Below, one piece after another: positions 57,608 through 64,000 of a stretch of 64,000 bases of DNA (its first letter is position 1; every line of letters begins with the position of its first letter). Under the pieces are notes generated by a model that was not told the origin of the DNA, searched no databases, and saw only the letters and a list, made by a program, of their open reading frames with translations. A program made the position numbers and the translations under genes. Source of the DNA: an uncultured Gemmatimonadales bacterium (GTDB lineage: Bacteria; Gemmatimonadota; Gemmatimonadetes; Gemmatimonadales; Gemmatimonadaceae); NCBI GenBank assembly GCA_963707505.1, contig CAVPQB010000003.1, positions 384,001-448,000 on the forward strand, in the 5' to 3' direction.

Positions 57608-58340
57608 TTACGAGCGCGACAGCCGCAGCTCGTCGATGTTGACGGCGGCTGGCTGCGTCACTGCGTACAACACCGCGGAGGCCACGTCACTCGGCGTCGA
57701 GCATCGCACCGCGATCCGGTACGATTCGTTCGGGACCACTGAACGTAATTCCGTCCCACATATCCGTATTGACTGGCCCGGGTGAAACGAGCGTCGCGCG
57801 GACGCCAGAGCCCCTCAACTCCAGACGAAGCACCTCGTGCATTGCGCGCAACGCGTATTTGGCCGGCGCGTACGCACCGTTCTCAGGAAAGATGCCGCGG
57901 TCGGCGATCGAGCCAAGGCTGACGAAGTGGCCGCTCCCACGTTGTTTCATCTTCGCTGCGAAATGCGTGCACGATCAGAAACGGCCCGAACAGATTGGTA
58001 CTGACCACGTCGCTGAACAACCGCATCGGCATCTCTGTAAGTGCCGCGACCCGAAAGACGCCTGCATTGTTGACGACGATGTCTGGGGCGCCTCCCAACT
58101 CGGCTTCCACGCGCTCGGCCATCGCCGCGCACCGATGTCTCATTGGTAATGTCACACGGCGCGGCGAACGCGTCGTGGCCAATCTCGTCCGCAACACGTC
58201 GCAGGGCGTCTTCCGTACGCGCAACGAGCGCGACTCGCGCTCCGTCACTGGCCAGAGCACGCGCGATCGCCTCGCCGATGCCGCGCGATGCACCCGTTAC
58301 GAGCGCCGTTGTTCCGGCGAGATGGCTGTTCAGAGTGATG
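57608..58340 (-). CDS. SDR family oxidoreductase (indels; start uncertain)
   Basis: TGASRGIG, NNAG, YAPAK. Confidence 0.88.
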
Positions 58341-58981
58341 ATCCGTTCTGTATCAGGCGCAGGAACTCGTCGCGGGTCTTTGGATCCTCGCGGAACGACC
58401 CCAGCACGGCCGACGTGACGGTGCGTCGAGTTCTGCTTCTGCACACCGCGCATCATCATGCAGAGGTGTGCAGCCTCGATCACCACTCCGACGCCACGCG
58501 GGCTCGAGCACATCCGTAGATGCGCCTGCGCGATCTCGCTCCGTCAGCCGCTCCTGCACCTGCAGCCGTCGCGCGAAGACGTCCACCACCCGCGGCAAGC
58601 TTGGAGAGACCGACGATTCGTCCGTCCGGTATGTAGGCGATGTGCGCCTTGCCGAAGAAGGGCAGCATGTGGTGCTCGCACATCGAGTACAGCTCGATGT
58701 CGCGCACCAGGATCATGTTCGAGTGCTCCTCGTCGAACATGGCATCGCCGATGACCGTCTCGCGCATCCTGCTGATAGCCGTGCGTAAGGAACGCCATCG
58801 AGCGCGCGACACGCTCCGGGGTCTTGAGAAGCCCTTCGCGCGTCGGGTCCTCGCCAAGCAGAGTCAACTGCTTGCGAACGATGTTCTCGTATTCAGACAG
58901 CGCAGCTATGGATGTACCCGGCGGTAGAACGTCATCCGCGTCCGGCTCGAATGCCGTGTTGATCGCTATGTCAGTGGCCAT
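58330..58981 (-). CDS. folE: GTP cyclohydrolase I (indels)
   Basis: [31 protein letters not shown]. Confidence 0.95.
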
Positions 58982-59384
58982 CGTATTCCACGTAGTTGTT
59001 CTCCGTCTCCCACAGCACCAGCCGAACCAGGCGGCCCGGCTTGATCGTTCCTTCGAGAATGCGCCAGATTTGAATGATCATGTTCTCGGCGGTCGGGATC
59101 ACGTCGCGCATGAACGGAACGTCGATGTTCAGGTTGTGATGATCCACGAGATCGACCACCTCACGAGTGACAAGATCCTTGAGCCGGCTCAGATCGAACA
59201 CGTATCCGGTGTTCGGGTCCACCTCACCCGCTACCGAGACGTCCAGCGTGTAGTTGTGGCCATGGCCGTGCGGATTGTTGCACTTGCCGAAGGTCCGACG
59301 GTTCTCCTCATCGGATAACGCCGGATTGTGGACGCGGTGCGCCGCGTTGAACTTGAGTCGCCGGGTGACTGTGACCGTTGGCAT
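58971..59384 (-). CDS. 6-pyruvoyl-tetrahydropterin synthase family protein (PTPS/QueD)
   Basis: [28 protein letters not shown]. Confidence 0.92.
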   Translation of the reverse strand: MPTVTVTRRLKFNAAHRVHNPALSDEENRRTFGKCNNPHGHGHNYTLDVSVAGEVDPNTGYVFDLSRLKDLVTREVVDLVDHHNLNIDVPFMRDVIPTAENMIIQIWRILEGTIKPGRLVRLVLWETENNYVEYDGH

Positions 59385-59397
59385 GCGCCCTCCGGAC

Positions 59398-59435
59398 GCA
59401 AAAACCTCCGTCGTGGCTCGAGCCACGACGGAGGT
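59398..59435 (-). terminator. Intrinsic terminator between the ncRNA and the PTPS gene
   Basis: 32-bp perfect palindrome ACCTCCGTCGTGGCTCGAGCCACGACGGAGGT followed by a T run on the minus strand. Confidence 0.8.
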
Positions 59436-59597
59436 CGGAGCGGAGAGGATTTTTGAAGCCCTGTCGAAACAATGAGGCTCTCACCCACGCTTTCCGCCTT
59501 CCCCGCACTGGGGCATGACGTCGGCACAGTTTGTTGATCCCACGTGAAGGACTTATCGGCTCAAAAACTGAGCTCTCCGCCCCGATGAAAACCGCGT
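59425..59597 (-). ncRNA. ssrS: 6S RNA (ends approximate)
   Basis: Rod fold: GGGGCGGAGAG/CTCTCCGCTCC and TTTTTGAGCC/GGCTTCAAAAA; UGAGCCGAUA, CAUGC...GAAG and GG(C)UUCAA blocks recall E. coli 6S. Confidence 0.75.
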
Positions 59598-59612
59598 AAC
59601 TTATACGGAAGA

Positions 59613-59641
59613 AAGCTATTGGTGGTTCCACATCCGGTCAA
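59613..59641 (-). promoter_or_regulatory. Sigma70-type promoter for the 6S-like RNA
   Basis: TTGACC-17nt-TAGCTT. Confidence 0.6.
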
Positions 59642-59655
59642 CGGACTTTAGGGGC

Positions 59656-59832
59656 ATGGATCTAGGCATTGTCATTGCGGTAGTAATGCTCGTTATATGG
59701 GGCGTGTGGACCTTCGCGCTCAATGCACCGGGCTGGGCGCACATTCTGCTCACCGTGGGAGTATTTCTGCTCTTCTATCGCATCGTCGTCCGCGGCACAC
59801 CTGGATATCCCACGACGGGCCGCAAAGAGTAA
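59656..59832 (+). CDS. 58-aa two-TM small protein (absent from the ORF track)
   Basis: MDLGIVIAVVMLVIWGVWTFALNAPGWAHILLTVGVFLLFYRIV...; AGGGG RBS; stop 3 nt before the next ATG. Confidence 0.75.
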   Translation: MDLGIVIAVVMLVIWGVWTFALNAPGWAHILLTVGVFLLFYRIVVRGTPGYPTTGRKE

Positions 59833-59835
59833 ACG

Positions 59836-60858
59836 ATGTTTGATCCAGCCGCGTCGGTCGGCGGACGCGGTGCGATCGCGGAAGAGCCACTCGTGCTGGC
59901 AATAGACCCGCCTGGACACGGACGGCGCGTCGTTGTCACCGGGGCTGCTGGCTTCGTTGGCTGTCACACCTGCCGTATTCTCGCGGGAAAGGGCTGGCAG
60001 GTCCGCGCACTCGTTCGAAGTGCCACCAAAGCGGCCGAGCGACTTGCCCATCTTCCAGTGGAAATCCGAATCGGCGACATTCGGGATCCTGCTTACCTCG
60101 CGTCGTCCATGGATGGCGCCACAGCGGTTGTCCATCTCGCCGCCATCGCTATCGAGCACGACGGCGATACCTACGAGTCGGCCAACACGAACGCGACGCG
60201 CGCTGTGATCGAATCCGCCTCCAATGCCAGGGTGCGCCGGATTCTGCACATGTCGCAAAACGGGTCCGATAGCAAGTCGCCTTACCGATTCCTCAGAAGC
60301 AAGGGTATTGCTCAGGACATCGTCACGTCGAGCGATCTCGACTGGACGGTACTCCGCCCGTCCATCATCTTCGGACGTGAGGACGAGTTCGTAAACATGC
60401 TTGCGCGTCTCGTGCGCCTCACTCCATTCGTATTGCCACTTCCGGACAATGGTCGTGCACGCTTTCAGCCGATCGCGGTCGATGATGTCGCCCAGGTCAT
60501 CGCGCACGCACTCAGCGACGAGTCCACACATCGGCAGATCTTTCCACTCGGTGGCTCCGCCGAGCTGACGCTTCGTCAGCTAGCTGAGCGCATTCTGGTT
60601 GCCATGAATGCGAATCGCGCCGTCATTGGGGTGCCGACCGCGATCATTCGACCGCTCGTCGCTGCGCTCTGGCATCTCGTTCCCAAGCCACCTGTAACGC
60701 CCGAGCTGCTCGACATCCTTGCGTTGAACAACACCGTCCCCGACAACGCACTCGTGTCGGTGTTCGGAATCAGCCCGACGCCGTTCGCGCCGGAAGAGTT
60801 GTTGTACCTGCGCAACATCACGTTTGGCGACGCGCTGAGGTCGTTGTTCAGGGATTAA
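59836..60858 (+). CDS. NAD(P)-binding atypical SDR, NDUFA9-like
   Basis: VTGAAGFVG, LRPSIIFG, FQPIAVDDVA. Confidence 0.85.
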   Translation: MFDPAASVGGRGAIAEEPLVLAIDPPGHGRRVVVTGAAGFVGCHTCRILAGKGWQVRALVRSATKAAERLAHLPVEIRIGDIRDPAYLASSMDGATAVVHLAAIAIEHDGDTYESANTNATRAVIESASNARVRRILHMSQNGSDSKSPYRFLRSKGIAQDIVTSSDLDWTVLRPSIIFGREDEFVNMLARLVRLTPFVLPLPDNGRARFQPIAVDDVAQVIAHALSDESTHRQIFPLGGSAELTLRQLAERILVAMNANRAVIGVPTAIIRPLVAALWHLVPKPPVTPELLDILALNNTVPDNALVSVFGISPTPFAPEELLYLRNITFGDALRSLFRD

Positions 60859-61965
60859 TTCTTCAACGTTCTCAGCCCGTCCGCGACCGCCCCGAGACAA
60901 GCCTCCAGACCTGCAATCGTATGGTCTCCCATATGTCCCACCCTAAAGGTCGTCGACCGTAAAACTCCGTAACCGGTACCGATCGTATACCCACGCTCCG
61001 CAACCTTCCGCACCAGATCGGTCGACACCATTCCCGGCGGTAACGATACCGCAGTTACGGTCGGCGAACGGGCTCCCTCCTTCGCGAATATCGATATGTC
61101 GATATCGAGCGAATCGCGCGTACTGCCCACCCATTGCTCCATGGTCGCGCGCATCGCTTCATGCCTGCCCCACCGCGCTTCCATCCCTTCGACAGCAATC
61201 GCCTTCACCTGCCGATCGAGCGCAAAGATGAGCGACACCGCCGGCGTCGCTGGCGTCTCATGGTTGCGGGCGTGTGCATCGAAGTCGAGCAGATCGAAGT
61301 ACACACCGCGACCCTCCACTCCCGCGATCGCCCGCAGATAAGCTCTCCGACACCACTGCAAACGCCAGCCCCGTCGGTAGCGCGAGCGCCTTCTGCGATG
61401 CGCTCACCACACAGTCCACGTCCCATGCATCGAATTCCAGCCGCGCGCCGCCAATTCCGCTGACGCTATCGACGATCGTCAGTACACCTGACTCGCGCGC
61501 GACGTGTGCGATTGCGCGAACGTCTGCGAGCGCGCCGGTGGAACTCTCGTTGTGAATCATCGTCAGCGCTGAGTATGATCCAGCGTTGAGCCGCTTGCCG
61601 ACTTCCTCCGGGTCCGGGACGTCTCCAAGCGCAAAATCGATCTGATCAACCTCGCGACCACAGGCATGCGCGAGCTTCACGAAGCGCTCACCGAACGCCC
61701 CGTTCACGAGCGCAAGTATTCTACCACGCGGCGCACAACGGATTGCTGCCTCCATTCCGCCTGTGCCGGAGGACGTCAGCACGTACACCGGACGTTGCGT
61801 CTGAAATACCTCGCGCATCCCGGCCTGCACGCGCGAGAACATCTCGTGAAATTCTGCGCCGCGGTGAGGGATCGGCTGCCGCAGCATGGCCTTCAATACA
61901 TCTTCTCTGACCTCCGTGGGACCGGGGAAGAAAAAGGTGCCGGGCCGCGCCTCGGGTTGCTGCAC
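60855..61965 (-). CDS. Class V PLP aminotransferase, Ala/Ser-glyoxylate-like (indel near 61340)
   Basis: PGPT, HNESSTG, VDSVS, SQKAL, FRVGHMG. Confidence 0.9.
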
Positions 61966-62943
61966 TCAGATCTCCCAGTTCGACAGAATGACACCGGCAT
62001 GCGCCGGCTCCGGACGATCGGCGAGTGTCATGCGAAGGTCAGTCCATCGAACGCGTGCTCCCCGACGAATGAGCTGCTCATACAACCTGGCATAGGCACC
62101 CTGCATCCTGATGGCGACACGACGCGTCCCGGATCTACGCGCATAATCGGCGAGCTGCGTCGCGAGCACGTCGACATCGCTTTCGGCGCGACACGCCAGC
62201 TTCAACACGCGCAGCTCGTCCCTTCCCCGGCCTTCCACCAGCGGCGCAGTGTGACACAACGCAAAACCATCGACCGTGCCGCCGCGCTCCAGGACGAGCG
62301 TATCTCCCAGGCCGAGCGTGTGAGTAAGGTTGATCTCGCGCGTGAAATCGTATCCCGGCGATATGTCGTGCGCGAGCTCTGCGCATCTCGTGACAAGGTC
62401 GGTACGCTCGCTCTCCGACAGGCGCCCCAGCTGCACGATTCTGTTGTCCGCGTAATCCGCGTCCAGTGTGATGGTGATCGTGAGATGGGACGGAACGTAG
62501 CCTAGTGACGAGTAGAAACCGATGTTATCGACAGTCCGCGGCATGGTTTCGAGACCGATGATTTTCGCGCCGTGATCGGCGAGCCACTTTGTCCCCTCGG
62601 TGACTACGGTCTTGCCGATGCCGTGACCCTGGAGAGACGGAGTCACGGCGAGCGGACCCATCCAGCCCTCCGTGCCCGATAGATGACACATGTTGAACGC
62701 GACTACTTCATCGCGCTCTCCGCGCCATAACATCGCGCCGCCGTCAGCGTCCTCGATCGCAAAGCGCCAGATCACCGAGCTGAGATTCGGTACGTGAACG
62801 CCGACCAGTCCGTCCTTGCGGTATCGGTCGGTGAACGCGCTGCTGAAAACGGAGTTCAGACTTGCGACGTCCCTCACGGTCGCGGGATACGGTCCCGACA
62901 CGCTCGGCGAGCGTTTGAAGTTCTTCGCGAATCCAGCCGTCAC
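61966..62943 (-). CDS. GNAT family acetyltransferase
   Basis: GPLAV..QGHGIGK, NIGFYSSLGY. Confidence 0.8.
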   Translation of the reverse strand: MTAGFAKNFKRSPSVSGPYPATVRDVASLNSVFSSAFTDRYRKDGLVGVHVPNLSSVIWRFAIEDADGGAMLWRGERDEVVAFNMCHLSGTEGWMGPLAVTPSLQGHGIGKTVVTEGTKWLADHGAKIIGLETMPRTVDNIGFYSSLGYVPSHLTITITLDADYADNRIVQLGRLSESERTDLVTRCAELAHDISPGYDFTREINLTHTLGLGDTLVLERGGTVDGFALCHTAPLVEGRGRDELRVLKLACRAESDVDVLATQLADYARRSGTRRVAIRMQGAYARLYEQLIRRGARVRWTDLRMTLADRPEPAHAGVILSNWEI

Positions 62944-64000
62944 TCAGGCTCCTTGCAGCGGGAATACCGTATCGACCTCCACATCGTCGCGCTCCGTCAG
63001 CCGAAGCGACGGAATTCCCTCGTCCGACCCATCGACCACCGACGCACCAGTCTCCTCATCATAGCGCACGACGATGACCCTATCGACCCCCTCGCGCACG
63101 CTCTCGATATGCGTTATGAGAATCACCTGCTCGAACCTGTCCTCCAGTCTGTGCAGCAGCTCCAACACATTGTCGCGTCTGGAGGAGTCCAGTGATCCGA
63201 AAACCTCGTCCAGAACCAGTAGCGAGAACGGTTGGCCGGACCGATCGGCGATCATCTGCGAGATCGCCAGCCGAAGCACCAGATTGGCAAGGTCTTCCTC
63301 ACCGCCAGATATCACGGGCTTTGCAATCCCGTCCTCGAGCACGACGATGTCGTAGCGCTCGTCCAGCTCGAGCCTGTTGTAGCGCTCGTCGGTAAGAGAG
63401 CCGAGAAATGAGCTCGCAATCTCCGAGAGTTCCGGACGCAGGGCGTCGTTCAGATCGCCGCGAAGGTCGCGAAATGCGTTGTCCAGCTCGTCGTGCATCA
63501 GCCGCTGGCCGTTCAGTACACGCAGCCGTTCCGCCACTCGCTCGTAATCGCGCTTCGCGGCCTCCGCCGTGTCCAGGCGTTGCTGTGCAGCACGTACGTC
63601 ACCCTGGGCGCCTACGACGATCAGCTCGCTGGATCGGGTAGCTTCAGCCGCGCGCTCGAAGTCAGTGCGGACAGCATCGTGTGCTGCCTGCGAAAACTCG
63701 CGCGTCGCCCCGGCCTTGCGCAGTGTATCGCGTTTCCCAATCGCCCTCGCCAGCTCCGCGTCGATCCGCGCTCGCTCGACCTGCGCGGCCGGTGCGCGCT
63801 CGACCGCCGCCTCGAGGCGCGCGGCGCGAAGGTCCATGGGTGCAAGACGCTCGATTTCCCTGCGCACGTACGCATGACGCTCGGCGTCGTACACGGCGCT
63901 GATCGAGTTGATCTCGGCAAGCATCTCCGTGCGACGTTGGTCCTTTGCCGTAATCTCGCGTTCGAGAGCTGGCAATTCGTGCACGGCAGCCTGAACCTTG
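62944..64000 (-). CDS. SMC/SbcC (Rad50-like) ATPase, C-terminal part
   Basis: Coiled coil, ISGGE signature, LDEVFGSLD, LITH. Confidence 0.9.
   Translation of the reverse strand, partial: KVQAAVHELPALEREITAKDQRRTEMLAEINSISAVYDAERHAYVRREIERLAPMDLRAARLEAAVERAPAAQVERARIDAELARAIGKRDTLRKAGATREFSQAAHDAVRTDFERAAEATRSSELIVVGAQGDVRAAQQRLDTAEAAKRDYERVAERLRVLNGQRLMHDELDNAFRDLRGDLNDALRPELSEIASSFLGSLTDERYNRLELDERYDIVVLEDGIAKPVISGGEEDLANLVLRLAISQMIADRSGQPFSLLVLDEVFGSLDSSRRDNVLELLHRLEDRFEQVILITHIESVREGVDRVIVVRYDEETGASVVDGSDEGIPSLRLTERDDVEVDTVFPLQGA

Noticed and set aside
59425..59597. tmRNA, SRP RNA, tRNA-Sec, preQ1 or Moco riboswitch identity for the structured RNA
   Set aside because: No T-arm/CCA end, no SRP helix-8 motif and no recognisable aptamer core; 6S blocks fit better
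62944..64000. SMC-based defence system (Wadjet/Lamassu)
   Set aside because: Neighbours are housekeeping genes; SbcC-like is simpler and the upstream genes are outside the window

Overview
GC-rich bacterial core-chromosome window; gene content and order suggest Gemmatimonadota (inference only). Left part, minus strand: tRNA-Thr/Tyr/Gly/Thr, tuf, rpmG, secE, nusG, rplKAJL, rpoBC, then rpsL-rpsG ending at a terminator with no fusA. This part carries dozens of 1-bp indels that look like sequencing errors. Middle: cysS, pspA, uvrA-sdaAB-sdaAA, cutA with an ABC exporter, a barrel-less plug/TonB-C fusion, a Cys-type ccmEFH cluster next to a di-haem cytochrome, TopIB-UDG, recF-dciA-gyrB. Right: a pilin plus chaperone with no usher, deoA, divK/pleD-like genes with ligA and a V4R gene, TPR-ParA-lipoprotein-fadD, and a 6S-like RNA heading a PTPS-folE-SDR operon that may make tetrahydrobiopterin. 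No CRISPR array, rRNA, prophage or transposase was seen. Best leads: the 6S RNA/pterin operon, the plug-TonB fusion, the hybrid Ccm system, a ~150-aa RpoB insert, REP-like palindromes and two very long hairpins. All calls come from reading motifs by eye; no searches were run.
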